Below, piece after piece: positions 35,239 to 47,815 of a stretch of DNA of 49,646 nt. The notes under the pieces were generated by a model. The model had not been told where the DNA came from, did not search any database, and worked only from the letters and a program-made list of their open reading frames with translations. The stretch is from NCBI GenBank assembly GCA_000708835.1, contig DF237584.1, forward strand, positions 1 to 49,646, in the 5' to 3' direction. Both the position numbers and the translations under genes were made by a program. This DNA comes from Klebsormidium nitens (taxonomy: Eukaryota; Plantae; Klebsormidiophyceae). Every line of letters starts with the position of its first letter. Positions within the stretch are counted from its first letter, which is position 1.

Positions 35239-37020
35239 TGACGGAGCGTGAGCATCGAGTGATAGAAAGATAATGACGTAGTGCTGGCATCACTGCCCTT
35301 GGATAGTGAAAAGTACCGGCGAGTGCTGGGAAGAAGAGGATGAAGACATCCCAAAGCATGACCCCACCTATATAGCCATATGAACGACACAAGATCAAGA
35401 AACTTCGCCAGCAGCTATGAGCTGCCTGGTCCTGATTCCATGCCAAAAGGCAGTAGAAAGAAACATAGCCGTTGGAGAGAGCAGTGAGACAGTAACGGGG
35501 CGCCAGAAAAGAAGATAGAGATTCAGTCATCCCTGGGGCCGAGACGTTTTACTCTTGCTCTTATACTTCAGAAGGTCTCTCCTTCGCAACATTCCTTCAC
35601 AAGACTGGCGTGTCAGTCTTCTTTGTGCTTGCGTTGCTTCCAAGGATCCCCTTCCCTTCGTTATAAACTATGCTTAAATCTTGGTTTTGTCAAAAAGGCC
35701 ACTGAAGAGCCGGCGCCCGCGCCCGGCTGTGGCTTTGGCTTCCAAGCGTCGGGTCCCGATTGAGCGCTATGGACTTTGGCAGCCTCTGCAACATTCACTT
35801 GACACCAGTTGTGGCGCACAACTTTTTCACATCGACGAAGGAAGTTGATCCAAGACGGGGTGCAGCTTTCCGAGGTTGTCAGTCCACGAGCTGAGTGGCG
35901 GATGATTGTTTCCAGTGCAACTTCGCAAGGGCCTCGCCATCTTTCTCCGGTAAATCTGTGCCTGTTTATTGAGCGAAACTAGGATTGTCTCTGCACTTGC
36001 TGTTCAGCCCAGCATCATGTGGTGTCCATCAAAAATTCAGCGTCCCTTGTGGAAAGAGCTCGAGTCTTGCCGGTGGCAACAACTTTCGAACGTAGAGCAG
36101 CAAGGACGAGACTCTGAGGGCATTGGGTTCAGACAGGAAGCCAGCGCCTGACCGCCTCTACAAAGGCCGATGCTGCTGATTATGCTTTTGTCATAACTGT
36201 GCACACTTGAATTTCCGGCCACGTCTGGGTCCCCCGATCCCCCTTGCACTCATGGCGACACGTAACTAAGAAAGAGTCGGATAAGAGCATCTGATGCCCA
36301 TAAGTGTTGACCGCTTTTGTAGACAGAAGTAGGCTAGACGTCCGTAATCATCACCGCTTTCGTTAGAAGTTGTCCAAAGTTTTTGCTCTGGAGCTGTCGA
36401 GCAGAGGATGTCAGCGTTTCATTCTCACGCCTTGAAAAGATCACTGTTCATTGGTTGAGTCGAGAATGAAGCGAGCAGGACGGACGCAACGTGGCACCCT
36501 TGAGGTGCGTTAGAATGCACGGATTGGCAAGCTGCAAAGCTCTTTGATGATCGAGGTGCTGACGCCGTTTAGCGGTTGACACGGCTGGTTTGGGTTTGGA
36601 CTAACTTTCCCCGCGCTTGATACGCAAACCACTTTACTTGAAGCACCAAACGGCTCTTTTGTATTCTAGTTGATTCCGAATCTTTCACCTTTCCGAAGCG
36701 GTTCCGTACAAGTGACCAACTCAATCCTATGTTAAGTGACAGCTTCTTAAGTAAAGGTTTCGACAATGGATGCGGAAGTTTTGGGGCGCATTATTGCTTG
36801 GACCCTCTGTGTGAAATCGTTTGTAGCTAGCCTAGATCATTGGAAAGCGCATGCGCTTGAGTCCATCTGAAGTTCGAGGCCTGGTAGCTTGAACCTGTTA
36901 TTTGACGGCCGACAGGGATGTTATGCTAGAAACTCGCATGTGATGCGACCCACAAACTTTTTGCTCACCGAATGGGAGCCTAGCAGTGTTCTTGGTATTC
37001 ACCATCTTAGTCGCTCTCGT

Positions 37021-37089
37021 AGCAGCCATGATGCCCCAGTAAATGGCAACGTGTGCCAGTCCAGGTCACGTCGATCTAGGGCTGACGCT
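37021..37089 (+). ncRNA. Candidate C/D-box (K-turn) RNA module A1
   Basis: ATGATG 37028-33 and CTGA 37082-85; GCCC/GGGC stem inside the boxes; TGGCA-ACGTG-TGCCA hairpin; AGC/GCT outer stem. Expression unknown. Confidence 0.4.
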
Positions 37090-38177
37090 ACTTCCGTGCC
37101 CGCTCTGTCGGACGTTTAGGACAGCACGTGAGCGTAAGGCTCGTGGTATCACTTAAGCCAGCGCTCGTGCTTGTCCTCCTCAAACCAGGCGGGACGACAA
37201 AGAATCTCCCGTAACTAGAGGTGGAGGGTAGAGGCCCGGCCCGCCGCTTCTGAAAGCGGGGTTGGGCCCCTGAGGAAACTTACGTTTGCCAGTGTGTTGA
37301 ATAGAGAGTTGTCTTCGGAGTCACTGCGGAGGAGACTCGTTCTAGTCCTTGAATAGCAAGTAGATACTTGTTGCAAGTCCACAAGATGATGCTGCTCCTG
37401 CCCACCTTGGTTTCGTGTGCTCTAGCTGATATCTTTCTTTGCAGCTCCCAACAAAACTTGGCAAGTAGGGCTCGAAAGGGGTTGTCCAACCGGAGACCAG
37501 CTTTGGCAGCGGCTCCGTTCTCGATCTGTGGACGTAGTCGTTTAGCCGTTTCCCATGTATCCGCATCTGCCAGGACGTCTAGAGAGATTTGAAGGGCAAG
37601 CTATGATGCAAGATTCTGGTACCTTGTGCCAGAGTACATCTTGGTTTGATGCTGTTCTAAGTGCTTGCAAAAGGCCGCAACTTAAATCTACTCTCGGAAT
37701 AGTATACGAGGCCTGACGGCTAGCGGGTTTCTTAGAGTTGCTCCCGCATACGGCGTCACTTCTCTAATCGGCAGCAGTTCGGTCAACAGGTCCCTTTGTC
37801 ACACCAGCGAGAATACTAAGATGACGATTGACGTCTGCGACATGACCACTAACAGTTCCAAGAACGACGCTGTTCACTGCACCTTTTCCAAAGTCGTCCG
37901 TATCTCCTCGGTGCACTTTCAGGAAGGTCTTCAAAGACCTCACGCGATATAAGCGTTTTCAATTTTACATCCACAGATTGTGCGTTCTTAAATAAGAAGC
38001 CATGCGAAGGAAATATCATGCGCACGCGTCCAGTTGAGCCTGATGCAGGGTGGTCAACCGTCCTAGCTAGGACCTGACTGAATGATTCTTTTCTTACTAA
38101 TTGATTTGCCCAGCTGTGATCAGAAGTTGGACGGTTCGACCTTCTACACGTCAGCATCTCCTCGTTTTCTGTTGTAG

Positions 38178-38244
38178 GAGCCGTGATGCCCGTGGAAAGC
38201 GACGCATGCCATTGGATCTGACCCGAAGTTTGGGCTGACGCTGT
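38178..38244 (+). ncRNA. Candidate C/D-box (K-turn) RNA module A2
   Basis: GTGATG 38183-88 and CTGA 38235-38; GCCC/GGGC stem. Confidence 0.4.
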
Positions 38245-39046
38245 GAATCTGTGCTCACTCGTACGGACGCATAAACACATCAAGGGCGAAACATTTGGGT
38301 TATCACTTTAGATAGCGCTAGCTAGTGCTTGTGCGTCTCACCCTGAGCAGAGTGGCAAAGTGCTCTTTGCGACAAACGACGAAAGTTAGAGGGTTAGGCC
38401 CCGCCCCTCGTCAAGCGGTCTTGGCCCGTTGAGTTTGCCCGTTCGCAGCTAATGAGATAAGAGACCTGTCGTCAGATCACTTACGTCGTGAAACTGGTGT
38501 TCTTATAGTTTTATTTCGGTCTAGCTTAGCCTACCACCATATCTGGCCACTGTTGTGTGCATCCTGAGTTGAGCTGAATCTGTGCAGTTGATTAGTTGGG
38601 TTAATTGCACCCTTCCAATTTATCTTGGTTTAGTGCACTTGACAGGTCTCTCATTTGCAGTGTTCCTGATAGGCACAAAAGAGCTCTCAAAAGTAAGGCT
38701 TGACCGAATTCAGCTTCAGAGCGGCTTCTTGTTTTGAATACGACTGCAACCCTCTCCTAGCTGTATCTTCTGTCAAACTCTTCAATTGCCAACGGGAAGC
38801 TGTAAAGCTGCGCGGTGGTCGCTTGTGCCTCTCGCCCTTCTCAGAGCATATGTTTTTGAACTGTTGTAGAACCCCGCGACTGAAAACGATAGAATTCGTG
38901 TGGCTCAACTAAACTGGCCGAGAGACATTACCATTTTGCGTATCCGGAGAGACCCTTTGTTGGCTAGCGGTTGCAAATGGCTTCCGCATCGCGCCGCCGC
39001 AACTTTGATGGCGGCAGTATCTGTTCAACGGGTCCCTTTCTGTACC

Positions 39047-39125
39047 GACAGCAAGGATGAGTAACGTGTGGCATCCGAAGAGCCCAAGCCACACATTCGT
39101 AGTGCGCAGCAAAGATGAAGCTGTC
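39047..39125 (+). ncRNA. Candidate C/D-like module B2
   Basis: ACAGC-AAG-GATGA (39055-60) ... ATGA (39115-18)-AGCTGT; internal GTGTGGC/GCCACAC 7-bp stem. Confidence 0.35.
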
Positions 39126-39872
39126 CGTCCATACAAAGAATTGAACCTGGTTCGAGTGCACCTCCTGGTCCACCGCTTTGGTCGCTCATCCCGAACTCGT
39201 CTCTTTTTAAGGCTCAACCAAAAAGGGGCGTTCAGTCGTTGTTAGGCTCAGAACCACGAAACTCTACCAGCTCATAAATGAATATGAATCGTCCTGCAGC
39301 AGATCGTGCGGGTTGGAAGCAAGTGCTGACGTCGCTTCTCCGGAGGAATCTTGGAGGCCTTGTCAGTTCCTCTCTCGAAAGGCGTCTGAGGCGTGCCCCC
39401 TCTAGTTGATTCCATCAGTCAGCGGCCCACCGGGCCGATTGTTTTCCGTCAACCATTGCAACCGTGAAGGAAAGTGAGTGATTTGGGTTTCTTATTGTGT
39501 TATCGTTTGAGCTTGGCGTGCATTGAATCCGCAGCTAGGAGGACCCACTTGTATTCTAGACGTTGCCCACTCTAGAGGGGTACTGGTGAGTCCTGATGCT
39601 GCGGCTTCGTGCATCCTCAAACCAGCGCCCACAGTCAAAGAAGTTGCTCTCCGATTGCCTGAACGAATAAGACACGTTCTCACAGCCAACCTTGATCTCC
39701 TGGGTCGTTCTGTCAGAGGTCTTCAATAGAAACACATCATCGAAAACCATACACACTCCTGAAAATGAATTCTAGCGTACCGGATTCTTGCGCAAGCTTC
39801 CACTCGAAGCCTTATGCACTTAGCTTCGAGCTTTCGGTGGTTCGTTTCAGTACTTCGTTATCTTTTTAACGA

Positions 39873-39944
39873 AGCAGCCGTGATGTCAAGGTGACTGGCA
39901 ATCTCCGCCAGGCTTCCTTCACCAAGACCTGGGGCTGACGCTGT
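39873..39944 (+). ncRNA. Candidate C/D-box (K-turn) RNA module A3
   Basis: GTGATG 39880-85 and CTGA 39935-38; nested GGTGA/TCACC and CTGGC/GCCAG stems. Confidence 0.4.
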
Positions 39945-40961
39945 GGATGTGCCCGCTCGGATAGAGATCTCAGGACAGCAAGTGAGCGAACGGCACATAC
40001 ATCTTTCCATTGAGAAAGCGAGGTATGTATTTCTAAGCTAACACACAGAGCGCCCGAGCCAAACGTCGTCTAAATTGATCGACGTTGCTCTCTGCTTTTT
40101 GCATGGAATCTGCATGATTTTTGAGGGCATCTCCGAGACACGCGCTGACTCCTAGTAAGCCAATCAACCTTTTCACAAGATACTCCATTGTGGCTTCGTC
40201 CTACGGTCAGCTTCAGATCCACGAATTCCAAATTCTGTTAAAGTCACCAATCACAACTTGCGGCAAACTATGCTGCTTGATAAATGCCACCACAAATCCT
40301 ACAACAGAATGCGCGGAGCCTTGACGTTTCCACTTTCGAGTGTTCTGGTCTGAGGCGCGGCTTCTCTAGTAGATCCCGTCCCGCGAGGCCATCGGGCTAA
40401 TCAAAAGCCCGTCAACCCAGCGATTTCAGAGGAGGGAAGGAAAGTAGGCCAATTGGGCTTCATTTGTTCGTTTTGAGCCTGATTTTGGCCGGATCGATAT
40501 CAGGACCTGCTCAGAGTCTGCCAGTGACGGTGACCATTTGACATCAAGTTACGGGCAAGCTCAAATGTGGCTGCTTTGTGCAACCCAGGCTGATTACCTT
40601 GCATTGGGAGAAGTTGCTTCTCGACGTACTGCCACCACGAATCAGGCACGTTCCCAAGAGCTAACCAGGATCTTCTCGGTTGATTTTGCATGGAAGAGCC
40701 GTCTGTAGACTCACGCCTGCGAAAATGAAACAGAGATCGCAATCGCTGAAAGATAGGTTGAACTCATTGATTAATAGCGCATGAGGGTCCCCCCGAACTA
40801 GCCCCGCGCATAGATTTCACCTCTCACACGACGTCGATGATCTAGGACTTGGAGTGCGGGATAGGGTGTGGGAATAGGACATTCCCACTGATCTGCAAAT
40901 GGCACGTGTTGTTGGTATTTCACAGCAGCATTAATATTTCTCTGTTGTCGTCGTACTATAA

Positions 40962-41032
40962 AGCCGTGATGCCCAGTGACCGGCAACGTTAAGTTGCCAT
41001 TCCACCTCGCGATGGTTTGGAGCTGACGCTGT
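40962..41032 (+). ncRNA. Candidate C/D-box (K-turn) RNA module A4
   Basis: GTGATG 40966-71 and CTGA 41023-26; GGCAAC/GTTGCC hairpin. Confidence 0.4.
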
Positions 41033-41271
41033 TTTTAAATGTGCTCGCTCCGGTGAAAGTGCGGAAGCTTGAAACAGCCAGTGAGTGCGCGATGGGCAAG
41101 TCATCCAGACTTGGCGGCCAGCAACCGCGCGTTGTATTTTCTATTTTTCTCATTTTCCATGAGCATATGGAGGCCTGCCAGCTAACGGGCCTCTAGGAAT
41201 TGCTTCCGCTTAATGTCAGCAACTCAGATGCTCGTCGCAATTGTTGTCAAAAGGACGTTGCTTGATTGCTA

Positions 41272-41341
41272 ACAGCAAGGATGAGTATCTGTTGGCAACG
41301 ACAAAAGGGCCAAAAGCCATGGTATGCCAAAATGACGCTGT
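41272..41341 (+). ncRNA. Candidate C/D-like module B3
   Basis: ACAGC-AAG-GATGA (41279-84) ... ATGA (41332-35)-CGCTGT; TTGGCA/TGCCAA stem. Confidence 0.35.
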
Positions 41342-44300
41342 GCATATGTTGAATTTGTTGATGTGTGTGTCTGCGGAAGTGCAGCGCCCGGTTCGTGGGC
41401 ACGTCCTTATATTTTCACGCTCTTGCTACCAAGCCTAATCTCGTCGAATGTCGAGACTAGCAGTATTTTTGGTGTTCACCATCTTAGTCCCTATCGTACT
41501 AGCCATGATGCCCCGTGAATGGCACAGTGTGCCAGTCCAGGTCACACCTGAAAGGGTTGACGCTATTCCCGTGCCCGCTCAGTAGGACGTTTCAGGACAG
41601 CACGTCAGCGTAAAGCACGTGTAATGTGTCAATCAGCGCTCGTGCTTTTGCTTCCCAGGGCTCTAAAAGAGGTAGTACAAACCGAGATCAGCTTCGGCAG
41701 TGGCTTCGTTTTCAATTCATGGACGTAGTCGTTTAGCCCATGTATCTGCATCTGCCGGAACCTAGCTAGGTAGCTTTGACGGGCAAGCTGTGACGCAACA
41801 TACTGGTCCCTCGTGCCATTGAAGTTTTCGAGCTGATGCTGTTCAAGTGCTTGCAAACGGCTGCAACTGGAAATGTACTTTTTGTTTTTTTAGTTCCGCA
41901 ACAACACACGAAGCCTGACGGCTAGCGGGCCTCGTAGAGTTGCTTCCGCATCGCAGCAGCTTCTTCAAGCGGCAGCAGTTTCTGTCACCAAGTCCCTTTG
42001 TCACAATAGCGAGAATACTCAGATTGCGTTTGACATCCGCCACATGTCCGCCGAAAATATCATCGAGGGTGACGCTGTCCAGCTTTTTGTTTGCACCTTT
42101 CATGACAATTCCGCTGTAAGAATAGATTGGTTGCCAAAAGATCAGAACAAGTTTTCCACAGCTGGCTCTATCTCCTCAGTGGGCGTTCAGGAAAGTCATC
42201 CAAAACTTTCACATCAACAGAACGCGGTACAGCTTTGCCTTTCTTAAATAGGCAGAAAGGCAAAGTTCATTCGCATAAGTCCATTGAGCCTGATGCAGGA
42301 TGGTCAACAATCCCAGGCCTACGAACTGACTGATTGCACCTTTTCTAACTGAATCGCCGACGTCTGGAATTCGTTCTGACGTCCTAAATCAGCATTTCCC
42401 CGTTTGCTGTCGTCGAAGCCGTGATGCCCGTGAGAAGCGGCTTATGCCATTGATCCTGATGTTTCAAAATCTGTGGCTCGCTGTAAATTCACCTGCCCAC
42501 TCGCACTCAACGGTTCAAAATACCAAGTGGGCGACACGCATGTGTCAATTGTTTAGCTAGAGCTCGTGCTTGCGCTTCTCACCCCGATCAGCAGGACGGC
42601 AGACAGCATTTTGCTATGAGCGACGAAGTTTTGAGAGTGTTTGGCCCCGCCCCTCGTCAGGCGATCATAGGCCCACGCACCTTGCCTGTCCGCAATTTTG
42701 TAAACACATGCTGTCTTCAGAATCCTTCCGTCATCAATCAGTTTTCCGGTCTTCACCAACCAGCTTATCTAGCCACAGTTGTGTCCATGATCTGATTTCA
42801 CCATTCAGCTTACCTCGTTGTCAGCGCTCTTGACATGTCTCTCGTTTGCAGTGGTCCTGACACACAAAACGCGCTTGCAGAATGTGAGCTTGACCGGACC
42901 CAGCTTCAGCAGCGGCTTCTTGTGTCTCGATATGACGGCATCTTTCGCCTTGTTGGTGATATCTTTCAGACTTCTAATGAGACGACGGGCAGCTGTGATG
43001 CCACAAGGTGGCCGTTTGTGCAGGCCTCTCGTCTTTTCTCCAACAGATGTTTGCAAACTTGCAAAGTGCTTGCAGAAGGCCGCGATTGAAACCCTTAAAT
43101 TGCGTACATCCGAAGGACCCTTTTTTCACTTGCTGGCCTCTGAATACCTTCCGTATCACGTCGCCGCAACTTTCATGATGGCAGTATCTGTTCAAAAGGT
43201 CGCTTTTTTTCCCGACAGCAAGGATGAGTAACGTGTGGCATCCGAAGGGCCCGAGCCACACACATTTGTAGTGCTCAGCAAAGATGAAGCTGTCCGTCGA
43301 TACATATATCTGCACCGAGTTCGACGGCACCTCCCGGTTCACTGCTCTGGTCGCTTATCCCAATCCTGTCTCGTTTCAAGGCCCAATCACAGGGGGCGTT
43401 CGATCGTTCTTAGGGTCAAAACCACGAATATCCTCCAACTCACGACTGACAAATTGTCTTGCAGCAGATCATGCGGGTTGGAAGCCAGTGCTGACGTTGA
43501 TTCTTCGACTTCTTGGAGTCCCCTTTCTAAAGTTCGAGGCGCGGCCGTCTAATTGATCCCTTCTGTCTCCGCGTGCCCACCGGGCTGATTGGATTCCGTC
43601 AATCCTTTGCGAATTGTACGTGAGCGGGATTGAGTGACTTGTGTTTCTTCTGTGTTCCTACTAGTAGTCAAGCTTGGCGGTGCTTTAGTTCCGTAGCTAT
43701 GAGGATCCGCTTGACTCTAGACAATGCCCAATCTAGAGTGGTATTCGTAGACCTAATGCTGCGGCTTCCTGCATCCTTAAACCAGTACCCACAGTCAAAG
43801 GAAACGAATACCAAAACGAGTCAGATACGTCCTCAGAGCCAGAACTGATTTCATGGGTCATTTAATTTGTAAAAGGGTCTTTAGTATAATGATTACAAAA
43901 GCGAAAATTCCTTACACAGGAATCCCAATCCTGAAAGAATTGTCAGCGTATCACTTTTATACGCAGGGTTTGACTCAAAGCCTCACGCATAGTCAGAACT
44001 TTGATCTGAGCCGATACGTTTAAAAAGTGCACGAGAGCCGTCCTGGTCCACCCTCACTCCTTTGCTGATCATATTCGTGCTTTCGGCGATCTGAATATCT
44101 CTCCTTGTCTTTTGACGTAGCAGCCGTGATGCTGACACTCTGGCAACCTCTGCCAGTTTCGTTCACTAGGACTTGGGGCTGCCGCTGTGTATCTGTCCGC
44201 TGGGATGTGGTTTAAGCACAGCAAGTGAGCCGAAGGCACGTGTGATCACTCTGGTCCGCGCTCGTGCGTGTGCTTGTCAAATCAAGCGGAAAGAGCCTTC

Positions 44301-44364
44301 TGTATCTAGTGGTGGCTGCTAATAGAGGACCCTGACGGCGCTTCTGAAAGCTCGTTTTCCAACG

Positions 44365-44429
44365 TAGCAGCCGTGATGCCCATTGACTGGCAACGTGTGC
44401 CATTCGGGGACCAATTTGGCGCTGACGCT
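44365..44429 (+). ncRNA. Candidate C/D-box (K-turn) RNA module A8
   Basis: GTGATG 44373-78 and CTGA 44422-25; TTG/CAA and TGGCA/TGCCA stems. Confidence 0.4.
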
Positions 44430-45150
44430 CTACTGTGCCGGCTTGGCTGAAAGGCACGTGTCACGAATTTATGCTTCGCTCGTTTTGGGGCTTGCCAACC
44501 CAAATGGGACGTCAAAAAGCCGTTTGTAACTAGAGGCGGAGGTCAGATGGCCGGGCCCGCCGCTTTGAAAACGAGCTTTGAAGTTTCTTGGCCTATAAGG
44601 GAACTGACCGTACCGTTGCCACCTTGTAAAAAGTCAGGCTTTGTCGTCGGATCGCTTACGCGCCAAACATGTTTCTCTTCTCTTTTGAGCTTCTGCATGG
44701 CCCGCCCGCGTATGCAGCCAGATTGCGTCCATAAGCTGGTGCTGTTCCTGTGCATGCGCACCTCAGTTTTAAGTTTTCCTTTCGCAATCTGCGATAAGCA
44801 GAGCTCTCGAAAGTTGAGGCCAGACCTGAACCAATTTCAGCAGAGCCTTCTGTTCGCATACGAATGCAATTCTTGCATCCATGTATCGGCGTCTGCGAAG
44901 AATCAAAGGTGGTTCATGGGCAGCTGTGATGCCAGGATCTGGCCACTAGGGCCACCAATCGTCCGGTGTATGCAAGCTGCCGCTGCTTGGGTGTTTGCAA
45001 AAGGCCGCAACTGGATATTATGGTTTGCGTTTCTTAGTTTCTCATGACAGTAATTCAGAGCCTGTTGGCTGGCTGGCCCACGCGATTGGCCCCCGCTTAC
45101 GTCGGCTATTTCAAACAGCAGTAGGTGTAGATGACGGGTTGCATAGCCGA

Positions 45151-45219
45151 AACAGCGAGGATGGACAACATTTGGCATCCTCAAAGTGCCACTTATTGGT
45201 CCGGAAGAATGACGCTGTT
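45151..45219 (+). ncRNA. Candidate C/D-like module B6
   Basis: Perfect 7-bp terminal stem AACAGCG/CGCTGTT; GGATGG 45159-64 and ATGA 45209-12; TGGCA/TGCCA inner stem. Confidence 0.35.
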
Positions 45220-45965
45220 CATTTGTTCCATCCGCACCCTCGGTTCGCACCCAGTTCACAAGCTTCGTCAAACCTGACCGAGTGCCTTTTCACGAGGCGT
45301 TCATTCGAAAAGTCCATTTTCTGTCAAGCAAGCTCCGACTCCACTTTACCCACGTGCTCATCAGGCCAAACATGTCTTCAGGCGAGGGTTGCCGCGGCTT
45401 GAAAGGCAGTGCTACCGTGACTCCTTCGGAAGAAATCTCGGAGGTTGTGTCAGTCCTTCTCGAGGAGGATTTTGATGCCAGGCACCTCTTTTCAATCCCC
45501 TCTGTTCGTACGGTAAAAATAAGCTAAATTTATACCACATTAAAAGGGGCATGGGCGATCTGGGTTCCTTTCGTACATCTATCCGCTAGGTTTCCTTCTA
45601 ACGTCTGTAGCTATGAGGACTCGTTGTGAATCGAGACGTTGTCTAGTCTTGAGGCACTGTGGGACGCTTCTGATGCTGCTACTTTATGTGTTCCTGCATC
45701 GCCACTGTTGTTCCATCAAGTTGTTTACTAAGTGCCACGAAAACACGCTCTTGAAAGCACGCTCTTGAAACCTAGTCTTGATCTTCACTTCTTCCTTTTC
45801 GAAAGTCGCTCCCATCAAAATATCAACGAACGCTATGCAGCAGACAACTGCGACGCCGTAAGCGAAGCCAACCACACGAATGTTTGATGCACAGAAGTCC
45901 ACCCAAAGTCCGGCGCAGAGCTTCACACACGAGCTTTCCTTATCACCCATTCCTCGTTCTTCGAC

Positions 45966-46040
45966 GCAAGAGCAGTGATGCCCAATGGGCCGGCAAAATT
46001 TGCCAATGTAGTTAGCAGTGACTCGAGGCTGACGCTTTGC
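45966..46040 (+). ncRNA. Candidate C/D-box (K-turn) RNA module A9
   Basis: GTGATG 45975-80 and CTGA 46029-32; GGCA/TGCC hairpin; extended outer stem GCAAGAGC/GCTTTGC. Confidence 0.4.
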
Positions 46041-47815
46041 AATGGCCCGCTCGGATGCATGGCTGGGAACTAGGACTGCGAGTGAACCAGAAGCACGTAT
46101 TAAAAATTTCATCAGCTCTCGTGCTTTAGCTTGCGAACCCGATCTAGAAAGCCTCGACCAGAAAGAAGAAGCCTTTTGTAACTAGAGGCGGAGGTCCGAG
46201 GGCTTGCCTGCAGCCTGCCCTGCTTCGAAAAGCTCGGCGTTGGAGAGAAGTTACCTGCAATGAGGTCGTCGTTGTGTTCACTGAGCTTTTGGCATGCCAG
46301 CAATTCAAACGAGGCTTCAAGATGAGACTTCTAAATCGGCCCATACCCGTTCTGACTAGCGTGCCGAACGAGCCCAAGGCCGGGTTACAATGGTGCTTGG
46401 CCGCTGGTTTCACTGCTTCCAGTTTGTTCGTTTCGTCCTGAGATATGTATATACCTCTTCCCCGTCCACTTCTGATTGCATCAATGCCTGCAGACTTGTG
46501 AATTTCGCCAAATTTGCCGTTGAAAACCGGGTTGCGATGGCTTTGAGCATTATCTCTGTTACCTTATTCGGTCCCTGCGTAACAATGATAAGCTAGTAGT
46601 AGAGTGCTCTAGACCAGTCTCTCGTTTTCTGTTTTAATGACGAATATTGCTCTTGAGAGGTAGGGCAGATCCGATCGGCTGTTCCTTGTCTCACGTCCGA
46701 CTGTGACCTCGAGTCCATGATTTCGTCTGCGAGATCTTTGGAAGACGTAACTTTCGCGCAGCTGTGATGCCGAGGGCTGGTCGCTTGTGCGAGTGGTGGT
46801 CTCTCCCTGTAAACAACCATCAATGATGCTGTTTCAATGCTTGAAGATATTAAAAGAAGACGGCAAACGGAAATCCAATTCCCCTATAACTTTTTGTGGG
46901 CTTAGAAGGCCTGTTGGCTAGCGGGCCTCAGAGAGTTGCTTCGCCGCTTTTTCAGGTCGTACCAGTGTTTGCCAGGAGGTTTTCTTTGCATAAGAGCGAG
47001 GAGTGAGCAAAGTTAGGCATCTCCATTGACCCAATAAGCGTAATGTGGTGACGCTGTTCATCGACTCGTCCGAGTGCAAGGCCCGTTCACGCTCAATGAT
47101 CGATATCGCTCGACGTCCCAGCTAGCAACATGTGGAAATAGCTTGATTGGGCGTCTCGCCTCCGTGTTTGCTCGGCTTCCGATTCACGACTTCGAATTTG
47201 GATAGAGTCACAAACCCTCTGACGCGGATACTATCGAGGATGCGTGGAGGCCGCCTTCTCGTTTTTCCTTTCAAATTGTCTCTGAGGGGCCTCTTGTAGA
47301 TCCGTGGCTAAATCGAGTCGCACCATCCCTGTCAGTTTCGCGGAAATCGTGGCGATTAGAACTTCGCTGGTTCACTTTAATATTTGGAGTTCGGCTTTGC
47401 TTCGACATAGCTAGGATATGTCAGTGTGTCGGCCACTCGGGAGCGCTTTAAACCGGTTCGTCTGATGCTGCTCATTTGCGCATACTAGAACAATATCAAG
47501 CTTCAACAAAGCTGCTTCTTGACTGCCCGAAAAAGCTAGCCATGATCTTCTCGGTTGATCTTGGCAAGGTCGTCAGTAGACTCACGTTCAAAAGCACCAA
47601 ACAGAAAACACAGCTACTCTCGAAAAGCAAACGGATGATCCCGACCGTATGCATTGCACGAGTCCACCTAAAGCGTCCGCGTATCTTGAACGTTACAAGA
47701 CGACAACTCTCAGGACTGAAACGCGATAGTATTGTTATTTTCTTCGCTCTCTACGTAACAGATTGCGTTTCTGTTGCGACATCAGCCACGCCTTCGTCTT
47801 TTTTGTGCATAGTAC

